The position numbers and the translations under genes were made by a program. DNA of 24,928 nucleotides from Octopus sinensis (lineage: Eukaryota). This document shows positions 12,240-21,401 of the stretch, piece by piece; within the stretch, counting starts at the first letter, position 1; every line of letters starts with the position of its first letter. The notes beneath the pieces were generated by a model. The model saw nothing but the letters and a program-made list of their open reading frames with translations. It did not search any database and was not told the DNA's origin. Location: the NCBI RefSeq assembly GCF_006345805.1, contig NW_021836261.1, forward strand, positions 1 through 24,928. Reading direction: 5' to 3'.

Positions 12240-12650
12240 ATTTCTTTATTACCCACAAGGGGCTAAACACAGAGGGAACAAACAAGGACAGACATAGGTA
12301 TTAAGTCGATTACATCGACCCCAGTTCGTAACTGGTACTTAATTTATCGACCCCGAAAGGATGAAAGGCAAAGTCGACCTCGGCGGAATTTGAACTCAGA
12401 ACGTAGCGGCGGACGAAATACCTATTTCTTTATTACCCACAAGGGGCTAAACACAGAGGGAACAAACAAGGACAGACATAGGTATTAAGTCGATTACATC
12501 GACCCCAGTTCGTAACTGGTACTTAATTTATCGACCCCGAAAGGATGAAAGGCAAAGTCGACCTCGGCGGAATTTGAACTCACAACGTAACGCAGACGAA
12601 ATACCGCTAAGCATTTCGCCCGGCGTGCTAACGTTTCTGCCAGCTCACCG
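12240..12650 (-). mobile_element. Young tRNA-derived SINE (Meta/Sauria-domain-like) as a tandem dimer with a 19-bp TSD
   Basis: The 184-bp period units (12240-12423 and 12424-) are nearly identical. The reverse complement has the B-box GAGTTCAAATTCC followed by GAGGTCGACTTTGCCTTTCATCCTTTCGGGGTCGATAAATTAAGTACC, resembling the Sauria/MetaSINE central domain. The TSD CGGCCAAATTATTCTACCT occurs at 12221-12239 and 12686-12704. Confidence 0.9.
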
Positions 12651-12902
12651 CACTTTATTCTACCAAATTATTCTACCAAATTATTCGGCCAAATTATTCT
12701 ACCTGTTTTATGTTCAAACTGGGTGCATCCACATTCTTGTCACTACACAAAAATTTTATTCTAAAAGTAAACAATAATATTGTTGAAACCATGAAGCAAA
12801 GAGATGATGCATGATGAATTCAAAACAATATGGATAAATGAACTTTACATTTGACAGAGTAATCAGAATGGTAAATCCGCCGCCTTTATTTTAACATTTA
12901 TA

Positions 12903-13101
12903 TTGGTTTCAAATTTGGTACAAAACCAGCAATTTCCAGGAGGGTGTAATTCGATAACATCGACCCCAGTGGTCAATTGGTACTTATTTTATCGACCCCG
13001 AAATAATAAAATGTTAAGTTGACGTTGCTGGAATTTGAACCCAGAGCGAAATACCGTCATGCATTTTGCCCAACGCGCTAACGATTCTACCAGCTCGCTG
13101 C
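12903..13101 (-). mobile_element. Older copy of the same SINE family with a different 3' tail
   Basis: CATCGACCCCAGTGGTCAATTGGTACTTATTTTATCGACCCCGAAA...GGAATTTGAACCCAGAG...GAAATACCG aligns with 12313-12650. Confidence 0.85.
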
Positions 13102-13334
13102 TTTTCTTCTAACATTTATATTGATAATAACTTCCTGTGTCCTGGCAAGTATGGCCTTAATGGATTGTGTCAGCTGCTCAGAAAGTGCAGGTTGTCGATC
13201 AAACTGATGTCTTTGGGTTGGGCTTTGTATTCGACGTCATTAGACTTAATGATACACTGTCCTTCGTCTTTCAACAATCAATTACTTTTATTACTTCAAA
13301 GGGCTATGAACAATAGACTGATACAATGAAAATG

Positions 13335-13489
13335 CATGTGTATGTGTGTATATATGCGTGTATGTATGTGTATATATATGCGTGTATGTATGTGTATGTA
13401 TGTATGCAGAGATACAATTAAACATATATAGAGATATGTACGCTCACAAACGCGTGCGCATACACACACAGGTATGTATGAGTATGTGC

Positions 13490-13531
<42 letters not shown>

Positions 13532-13611
13532 ATATGTGCATATTTATATATATATATATACACGCTCTCACACACACACACCCACGTATATGTAGGTGTG
13601 TGAGTTTCCCG

Positions 13612-13658
<47 letters not shown>

Positions 13659-13662
13659 TACA
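13335..13662. repeat. Compound (TG)/(TATG)/(TA)n/(CA)n microsatellite
   Basis: Directly visible. Confidence 0.95.
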
Positions 13663-13664
13663 TA

Positions 13665-14369
13665 CAGCCTTGGCCATAAGTATTAGGCCACCACAATGTT
13701 TTGGGTTTCCCCTCTCTCAGTGTTATTGAAACTCGTGCACTTGGTAGATTATAGTATATTTCACAGTATACATTAGTTTTTTTTTATCTGGTTGAGCCTC
13801 TTTTAGCATCAATTGCCGCTTTTATACTGTACTGCACATAAGCAACCAACTATGAGTAAACCAACGCCGAAAATGAACTTTTGTGTCCGTGATTATTTCA
13901 GAGTTTTATGCTAAAATACTTTGTAAATAGAGTTAATAAGCAGTAATATGTCTACCATTGGATCCGGAGGAATGTTTCTATGCCAGGGAAGGATGAATTC
14001 AGCTACCTATGTTTTATGTTGTCGGATTTTTAGAGCCATCAATTGCTAAATTGCATTCAGGAGTGTCGAAAAACAGTGTTATTTTTCAACAGTAAACGAT
14101 CCATGTCATACAGCAAAGAATACTCATCAATGGTTTCACACACAGGGTATTGTTCCCATGGAATGGCCAACTCAAAGTCCCGATCTAAAGCCAATCGAAC
14201 ACCTGTGGAGAACTCTTAGCGAAGCTATCATGAGCACAACAATTAAAAATAAAGAGCATTTGTACCAATAGTTGAAAGAAGGAAAGGTCAAATTGTGTGT
14301 AGCACCTGCAAGCAACTAGTCGATTCAATGCCTAACCGTATGAAAGCAGGAGGGTCAACCAGATATTAA
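13665..14369 (+). mobile_element. Internally deleted Tc1-family (DD34E) DNA transposon with a decayed transposase C-terminal half
   Basis: Starts TA|CAGCCTTGGCCATAAGTATT, which resembles a Tc1 TIR. 13948-14369 reads QGRMNSATY...VIFQQ(frameshift)NDPCHTAKNTHQWFHTQGIVPMEWPTQSPDLKPIEHLW...QLVDSMPNRMKA-GGSTRY*. The spacing from the disrupted second Asp to the Glu is 34 residues. Confidence 0.92.
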
Positions 14370-14711
14370 AACTAATTTATATTAGAAAATTCTGTCAGCT
14401 TGCTTTGTGAGACATGTGTTTATAGTGATGAATTATATGTGGCTATTTGGCGATTTTAAGTCGATTCTCGGCATATTTGGCATAGAATTTTTTTCTTTTG
14501 CCCTTGTTTATAAGTTGCTTATAATTTTCACCTTAAAAGGTATTTTTAATTATGCTGGCCACTGATAACATTTTTTGAAAATTCTAATTCTACGTTAATT
14601 AGTTTTGTTCGTTGATTATCAGAAACAATTTCCGAGAGACATACTCCATCCTCTGACACACGGGCGCGTTGGCTTCCGTTTTGGTCTTTTCTGTTGTTAC
14701 TATAATGGATT

Positions 14712-14783
14712 TACTTCCTCGGAACTCGATGTTTGCATGCCTTCTCTATGCTGTAGAACCATTGTCCGCTCGCTATCTTTGTA
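14712..14783 (-). repeat. Unclassified interspersed repeat, copy 1
   Basis: 65/72 identical (counted by eye) to 16909-16980. Strand assigned only from the open reading TKIASGQ..YSIEKAC..RVPRK. Confidence 0.75.
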
Positions 14784-14793
14784 GTTGACCTGT

Positions 14794-15156
14794 GGAGGCG
14801 CAATGGCCCAATGGTTAGGGCAGCGGACTCGCGGTTTCGATTCCCAGACCGGGCGTTGTGAGTGTTTATTGAGCGAAAACACTTAAAGCTCCACGAGGCT
14901 CCGGCAGGGAATGGTGGTGATCCCTGCTGTACTCTTTCGCCACAACTTTCTTTCACTCTTACTTCCTGTACCTGTATTTCAAAGGGCCGGCCTTGTCACT
15001 CTCTGTGTCACGCTGAATATCACCGAGAACTACGTTAAGGGTACACGTGTCTGTGGAGTGCTCAGCCACTTACACGTTAATTTCACTAGCAGGCTGTTCC
15101 GTTGATTCGGATCAACCGGAACCCTCTTCGTCGTAACCGACGGAGTGCTTCCATCC
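14794..15156 (+). mobile_element. Near full-length tRNA-derived SINE (head B, tail 1) with a 12-bp TSD
   Basis: GGAGGCGCAATGGCCCAATGG (A box) and TTTCGATTCC (B box). The TSD AGTTGACCTGTG occurs at 14783-14794 and 15157-15168. Confidence 0.92.
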
Positions 15157-15499
15157 AGTTGACCTGTGTACCGTCCCATTGCCTTTCGACCTAATTATTA
15201 CTTTTCTGTAAACGTGGACAGACTGACCAGTAAATAGTACCAAAAGACAACGATATTTCTCTGTGTACGTAAATTACAAATGAACTCCACCAGTGCTGCT
15301 TCATCTAACTCACTTTCTCGCCATACCTCTCTCCATCTTTTTCTGCCTCTCTCTGTCACTCTCAGTTCTCTCTCACACACACACTCCCTGTCTCTCCCCA
15401 TCTCTCTCTCTCTCTCACTCATCCTTACATTCTTAAACTACTAGTGAACTAGGAACAATATCGCCTTCATCAAAAAGAAAATGTTTTACTATATACATC

Positions 15500-15665
15500 C
15501 TGCGTCGGACAAGATACTTCAGGGCATGTCGTCAGACTTTAAAGTTCTACGTTCAAATTTCGCTGAGGAGCAATTTGTCAATCATCCGTAGGAAAATATA
15601 ATAAGTACCAGCCGAGCACTTGGTTCGATATAATTGATTTTTCTCCTTCCCAGAACATGCTGTCC
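15500..15665 (+). mobile_element. Highly diverged copy of the Meta/Sauria-domain-like SINE
   Basis: GTTCTACGTTCAAATTTCGCTGAGG...AATAAGTACCAGCCGAGCACTTGGTTCGATATAATTGA aligns with the reverse complement of 12305-12410. Confidence 0.7.
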
Positions 15666-15899
15666 TTCAGTTAATATAATTGTAGCACTATTATAACCAC
15701 CATGATTACCAACCGCTGCAGAGATCCAACTATATTGAAATAGCAGCTATATACGAATGTTAAGAAACGCAATTTAAATAACAAAAAGATTACAGATATA
15801 TTTATACGTTTTACTGATGCTAAATAATATACTTATATTATAGACACTCGGTGTGAGGCGATGCTCTTCTTTCCGAGAGAGTGAAATAAACAATCAACT

Positions 15900-15986
15900 G
15901 TGTGTGTATACACACACATAATTATTTCTAAATTGATAGATTTCTGCACGTATGTACATATATATTTGTGCGTGCGTGTGTTTTTA

Positions 15987-16058
<72 letters not shown>

Positions 16059-16280
16059 CGTGTATGTGTATGCGTGTGTGCAAGTGTATGTATACATATA
16101 TATGTTCACATATGTTTATGAATATATATATATGCATGTATATGCATATATGTGTACATATATACATACATATATATGTTTATATACTACGTTCATACAT
16201 ACATACATACATACATACATACATACATACACACAATCACACACACGCGCACTAAACAGAGACACAAACAAACACACATA
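15900..16280. repeat. Compound (TA)n/(TG)n/(TACA)n microsatellite
   Basis: Directly visible. Confidence 0.95.
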
Positions 16281-16746
16281 ACGACACCAATTCCCGAAGC
16301 AAAGCCCGTGTAGAGGTCACATGTCATTAATAAATTTTTGGCAACAAATCCGAGGTCAAGCCCGGCTTGTCGTTCTATTGTTTGAAATATTACTTTTAAA
16401 TGTTATTGATATTCTCGTTAATGTGTCTTTAGAAAGATTATTATTGTCTTGGACACGCAGACATTGTCTGTGTTGTGTCATTCCAGCAGGAAGCAACCTT
16501 ACCATTCTTTGGTTCAGTAACATAATCAATTGTCTTGTTTCTCTCATGGAATTCAACGTTTAATTTGTAGTGAAGTAGCACTGCTTTCCTCTTTCGTTGT
16601 GCTGTGTATGTTACTGCGTCGATTCACACACACATGCACACACACACACTCAGGTGAGAATGTACGTACAAAGCCATATTTCTGGCCATATATACACACA
16701 CCTGTGTGCACTATATGTGTGTTTGTGAATGTACTATATATATACA

Positions 16747-16909
16747 GGTGCAGGAATGGCTGTGTGGTAAGAAGCTTGCTTCCCAACCCTGTGGGTCTGT
16801 GTTCAGTCCCATTGTGTTGTGGCACCTTCGGCAAATGTCTTCTACTATAGCAGTGAACCGTTTGTTTGGAATTGGTTGACAGAAACTGAAAGAAATCCGT
16901 CGTATACAT
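16747..16909 (+). mobile_element. CORE-like tRNA-derived SINE, 5' half
   Basis: TGGCTGTGTGGTAAGAAG (A box), GTTCAGTCCC (B-box-like), GTGGCACCTTCGGCAAATGTCTT (CORE-like). Homologous to the reverse complement of 8893-9000 and ends where that copy's microsatellite begins. Confidence 0.8.
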
Positions 16910-17250
16910 ACTTCCTCGGAACTCGATTGTTGCATGCCTTCTCGATGCTGTAGAGCCCTTGTCCACTTGCTATCTTTGTAAAACCCTTGTTCACCTCTTC
17001 TCATCCTTACTGCATCCAGCTCACTGGGCCTCGCAGAATCCACTGCTTGCAGTCCTTTCTCCCCGTAAATCGACTCCCTAGAATCACATCCCTGTCTACA
17101 TATTTCTTACAAGCGTTGATCTGCAACGATTGTAGCAGAACGTTAATGGCATCAGGCTCACCGTTTTCGGACGGTCTGCAAATATCAAACAAGGGCAATA
17201 CCCATTTGACCAAAACCTTAATCATCACCTCAATAGGCTGCCATTAGCCC
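16909..17250 (-). repeat. Unclassified interspersed repeat, copy 2, with a possible longer decayed ORF
   Basis: 16909-16980 matches 14712-14783. The same minus-strand frame extends to about 17245 with two stops. The extent beyond 16980 is inferred. Confidence 0.5.
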
Positions 17251-17269
17251 TTGAACTAATAAGTTTGGT

Positions 17270-17487
17270 TCCTCGGTTTCCGTGGCCTATAACCGACCGT
17301 GATTGCAACATTCCACCTACACGTGATGTGAGTCCGTTGCAAAGTTGCATATATATATAGCTGAATTGGCTGGACCAAAATGAAATGAAGTGTTTTGCTC
17401 AAGAACACAACGCGTTAACCAGACCGGGAATCGAAACTGTGATTGTACAATCATGAATGCAATATTCTAACAAATAGGCCACGTGCC
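17270..17487 (-). mobile_element. Old tRNA-derived SINE (head A, V-like tail)
   Basis: AGCTGAATTGGCTGGACCAAAATGAAATGAAGTGTTTTGCTCAAGAACACAACGCG aligns with 17711-17770. The tail GGTTTCCGTGGCCTAT...AGTCCGTTGCA aligns with 22792-22849. Confidence 0.75.
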
Positions 17488-17503
17488 TTCGTCTGAGACG
17501 AAT

Positions 17504-17831
17504 CGGAGACCCCCTTCGGTCACGACACAGACCATGGGATTGCACCTAGAAAGTTACCCTCCTAGACACAAGTCGGGGCGAGGTTGTTTATGGAAGACCA
17601 GCAGTCGCCCATGCATACCAGCCTCCCCTCTCCACGCCACCAGTGTTATCCAAGGGAAAGACAAAGGGGCCGATACAGCTTGGCCCCAGTGACATCGCAA
17701 CTCATTTCTACAGCTGAGTGAACTGGAGCAACGTGAAATAAAGTGCCTTGCTCGAGAACACAACACGCAGCCCGGTCCGGGATTCGAGCTCACAACCTCA
17801 CGATCGTAAGCTCGACGCTCTAACCACTGAG
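17504..17831 (-). mobile_element. Young near full-length tRNA-derived SINE (head A with CORE/V-like body, tail X) with an 11-bp TSD
   Basis: The reverse complement reads CTCAGTGGTTAGAGCG...GAGCTCGAATCCCGG...GTGTTCTCGAGCAAGGCACTTTATTTCACGTTGCTCCAGTTCACTCAGCTGTAGAAATGAG. The TSD CTGAGACGAAT occurs at 17493-17503 and 17827-17837. Confidence 0.92.
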
Positions 17832-18007
17832 ACGAATAAGTTAATCATTTAAAAACTGACTGCTATTTTTAGCTGCCCCCACCTTCGTTGGTTTGCTACA
17901 ACATCAAAGAAAAACTAGATCGTGCACAGTTTAAAATTCTCGCTGTTTCTCTCTATACATGTGCATTGCTTATACATAAGTCACTAATATATTACATTCG
18001 TCTTCTG

Positions 18008-18150
18008 TGTAAATCCAGATCTATTGAAATCCAGGTTTCGTGTATATAAATCTAAGTTCCTTGTATTCAAACGAAATACTTCATCTATGCAAATCCACGT
18101 TTCGTGTCTGTATCATCATGCTCACTGCATTTAAATCCATATTCGTCACG
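18008..18150. repeat. Degenerate ~21-bp minisatellite (AAATCCANGTTTCGTGTAT-like)
   Basis: AAATCC/T recurs at 18011, 18027, 18048, 18091 and 18133 with similar downstream sequence; the period is irregular. Confidence 0.5.
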
Positions 18151-18814
18151 GATGAATTCACACTATGTTAATGAAGAGTATTTATCTTTGGCGCCAAAAA
18201 GCTGGCGTGTAACTAAGTAACACGGGTAATTAGTTACTAATCTAAATATAGTATCAAGGACATAGCTAATTAAATCGATTCATTGATTATTCAATAAACT
18301 GAATCCCCCAACAGCTTTACTTGTAATTAAAACCACAGTTGTTTTACTGAGGTTGATATTGCGTGATAAAGGAGAAGATATATATATATATTGCGTACAT
18401 GAAGCGGGAGGCTCGAGTTCAAATAACATGAAAGGTAGCTGGGTCAACGTTCTTGGCGGTAATTGCTCCTACGACTTCAACTACAGTCGTTGCTTAGCCT
18501 ACATTTCAGTTCTTATCAAGTTGGCCTCTGTTTTAACTCCTACCATCCATGACCATCCACCAGATTTTTCATTTTTTCCACCAAATCGTGTTTCGTGCAT
18601 TATATGAAATATGTCCTTTTTAAAGACTGTGTGATTTATGATATTTATTGTTCATTTGGCTGCGATTTTTAGCAAGTCAAAACACCACACGCATACACAT
18701 TCGACTGAATTTTGAATTATTTTTTTTTTTACAATGCAAATGTCTTCTTTTCGTTATATTCTGTAAATCGATGGGCCACAGGTTCGAATCAAATCAACGG
18801 TTTACTGCCTCTTT

Positions 18815-19262
18815 ATAATTAAATCTAGTTTGTTGTCAATGCATTCTTAATAACAAAAGTTTTGCTATTAATTCTTCATTAAATCTAAGCTATTAATTAA
18901 TGATTAAACAGTAACTGTTAATTATTAAGCACCTCATTTAAAGTAGTTAAAACTCTTAATTAAATCTCCACTGGTTACTTATAATCAAACTTTAGTTGTT
19001 AATCTATAATTAAATTTTAGCTTTTAATTAATAATGAAATCTTGTCTACCTGGTTTATAATTAAATCTTAACGATTAATTCATAATTAAATCATAGCTAT
19101 TAATTGATAATTAAACACTAAGTGTTAATTGATAATTAAATTTTGGCATAAAATTAATAAGTAAATATTAGTTGATTATTTAATTATCAAATCTTAGCTG
19201 TTAATTTATAATTGACTCGTAGTAATTAAATTTGATATGTTAATTAATATTTGAATTATTAA
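18815..19262. repeat. Degenerate 25-bp AT-rich minisatellite, ~17 units, consensus ~ATAATTAAATCTTAGCTATTAATTN
   Basis: Unit starts at 18850, 18875, 18900, 18956, 18981, 19006, 19031, 19057, 19082, 19107, 19132, 19157, 19183 and 19208, mostly at 25-26 bp spacing. Confidence 0.85.
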
Positions 19263-19449
19263 AAATTCCCTTTGTCTTCTAATTTTCGATTTATCTCTTT
19301 AAATTTGTCTTCGAACATATTGATGAAAGGTCAATGTGGTCGTTTTTATCTGCTAGACATAACAGTCACATTTTCCAAGCAATCTGGAAATCACAGTTTT
19401 GAAATAATGAAGACCCTGCTGGATAATATAGTGCTACATATATATATTG

Positions 19450-19646
19450 ATTCAATATGCGACCGCTTGTGTATCGTTGGCAATAATTTTTTTCGTCCGT
19501 CTTCCCTTCCTGGGATCTTTCCTTTTCTATGTTTCTGACGAAGAGTTCCGCTCGAAACGTTAAATCCTCTTGAGCGTACAATAACACTATACTTGTTCCA
19601 CATACTCGCGTTGCTGTGTTTTCCCTTTGTGTTTTCGTGTTTGGAT

Positions 19647-19651
<5 letters not shown>
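19450..19651 (+). mobile_element. ~200-bp hammerhead-bearing element, copy 2 (Penelope pseudo-LTR / retrozyme-like)
   Basis: Homologous to 9355-9541 with the same start and the same GGATTAAC-(TA)n end; TA-rich flank on both sides. Confidence 0.75.
19531..19565 (+). ncRNA. Minimal type I hammerhead ribozyme motif with intact core
   Basis: GUUU-CUGACGA-A-GAGU-UCC-GCUC-GAAA-CG-UU-AAAU. The CUGANGA and GAAA boxes are intact, with an extra A after A9. Stem III is the palindrome ACGU. Predicted GUU cleavage is after 19561. Confidence 0.7.
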
Positions 19652-19682
<31 letters not shown>

Positions 19683-19689
<7 letters not shown>

Positions 19690-19973
19690 ATCACGTGACC
19701 GACCAGACCATTAGATGTTGTTATACATCGCTGGTCACAATGCGTTTGCATTGTTTTAGCCTTCGAATGACGCCACCCCGCTGGCTAAGCGAGCAGGCCA
19801 ACAGAAGAAAGGGTGGTGAAAGAGTACAGCAGGGATCACCACCCCCTGTCGGAGCCTCGTGGAGCTTTAGGAGTTTTCGCTCAATAAACACTCACAATGC
19901 CTAGTCTAGGAATCGAAACCGTGATCCTATGACCGCGAGTCCGCTACCCTAACCACTGGGCCATTGCGCCTCC
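19683..19973 (-). mobile_element. Full-length tRNA-derived SINE (head B, tail 2) whose 3' end abuts (TA)n
   Basis: The reverse complement starts GGAGGCGCAATGGCCCAGTGG...GGTTTCGATTCC. About 19810-19973 is homologous to 14794-14950. 19683-19805 is an unrelated structured tail. Confidence 0.92.
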
Positions 19974-19977
19974 ACAC

Positions 19978-20043
<66 letters not shown>

Positions 20044-20044
20044 G

Positions 20045-20099
<55 letters not shown>

Positions 20100-20128
20100 T
20101 ATATGTGTGTATAATATATATTATAGGT

Positions 20129-20159
<31 letters not shown>

Positions 20160-20196
20160 GTAATATATATATATATATATTATATATATATTATTT

Positions 20197-20265
<69 letters not shown>

Positions 20266-20364
20266 GATATATATAATATATGTATTATATATATGTATAT
20301 ATATATATGTATATATATAATATATATATATTAGTGTATATATATATATATGTATATATATATG

Positions 20365-20395
<31 letters not shown>

Positions 20396-20465
20396 GATAT
20401 ATATATTATATATAATTATGTATATATATGTATATATATATATATATATTTGTGTTAATGTGTGT
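19978..20465. repeat. Long interrupted (TA)n microsatellite
   Basis: Directly visible. Confidence 0.97.
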
Positions 20466-20644
20466 GTATGGGAGAGTGTCATATTGTGCATAGATTCATA
20501 TACACACAACAAAGACAAGAACGATAGCAATCAGACAAAATCTATTGCAGGCTGGAATTAAAACTACTACAGGGGAGAATTATCAAAATAATATTCATTC
20601 CCACACAAACACAAAACACACTTACACATAATTATATAGACGTA

Positions 20645-20673
20645 TGAACATATATATACATACGTACATACAC

Positions 20674-20706
<33 letters not shown>

Positions 20707-20714
20707 ACACACCA

Positions 20715-20771
<57 letters not shown>

Positions 20772-20808
20772 GTACATATATATATGCATGAATATACATA
20801 TACGCCCG

Positions 20809-20866
<58 letters not shown>

Positions 20867-20900
20867 CATTTATATAAATATATGTGTGATCATATAGATA
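20645..20900. repeat. (TA)n and (GATA)n microsatellites
   Basis: Directly visible. Confidence 0.95.
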
Positions 20901-21228
20901 TGTAAACATAATGTAATATTTTATAAAGGCGATGCATCAATAAAAATCGATCTACTGATATGTCCAAGATGATACGAAATCTGGCGAAAATTTACTAATA
21001 AGATTTCCGTCTTTCTACGGCTGCGTTCTTGAAGACATTTAGATTACGGTTTTTATATCCCGAAATGTTTCATTGAACTACAGCATACTTTTCTAACACA
21101 AACATACATAGAGACACACACACACACACACACACACCACACACACACTCAGCGCGCGCGCATACACACACACACTCATTCTCTCTCTTTCTTTCACTTT
21201 CTCTTTATATCTGTATATATACCATACA

Positions 21229-21257
<29 letters not shown>

Positions 21258-21262
<5 letters not shown>

Positions 21263-21307
21263 GATAATATAGTTTTATACCTATAACTATAGGTGTAGAT
21301 ATAGATA

Positions 21308-21353
<46 letters not shown>

Positions 21354-21401
21354 TATAATATAGTTTTATACCTATAACTATAGGTGTAGATATAGATATG
21401 C
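21258..21401. repeat. Tandem duplication (period 91 bp) of a 53-bp unique unit separated by (TA)n
   Basis: ATGAA(G/T)ATAATATAGTTTTATACCTATAACTATAGGTGTAGATATAGATATGC at 21258 and 21349, with one mismatch. Confidence 0.9.

Noticed and set aside
12240-12650. Direct repeats resembling a CRISPR array or an LTR pair
   Set aside because: Units are adjacent 184-bp SINE copies with no spacers or internal domain; eukaryotic context and no cas genes.
13130-13320. Protein-like open stretches on both strands
   Set aside because: Bounded by stops, no convincing splice sites and no recognisable domain.
14794-14860. tRNA-like sequences (also at 778, 16747, 17770-17831, 19910-19973)
   Set aside because: They are SINE heads: there is no acceptor-stem closure and they continue into shared SINE bodies. 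Not tRNA genes.
19320-19440. FYLLDITVTFS resembling the FLD motif of Penelope RT, upstream of the hammerhead element
   Set aside because: Too short, no other RT motifs, and the position relative to the element does not fit without a large deletion.
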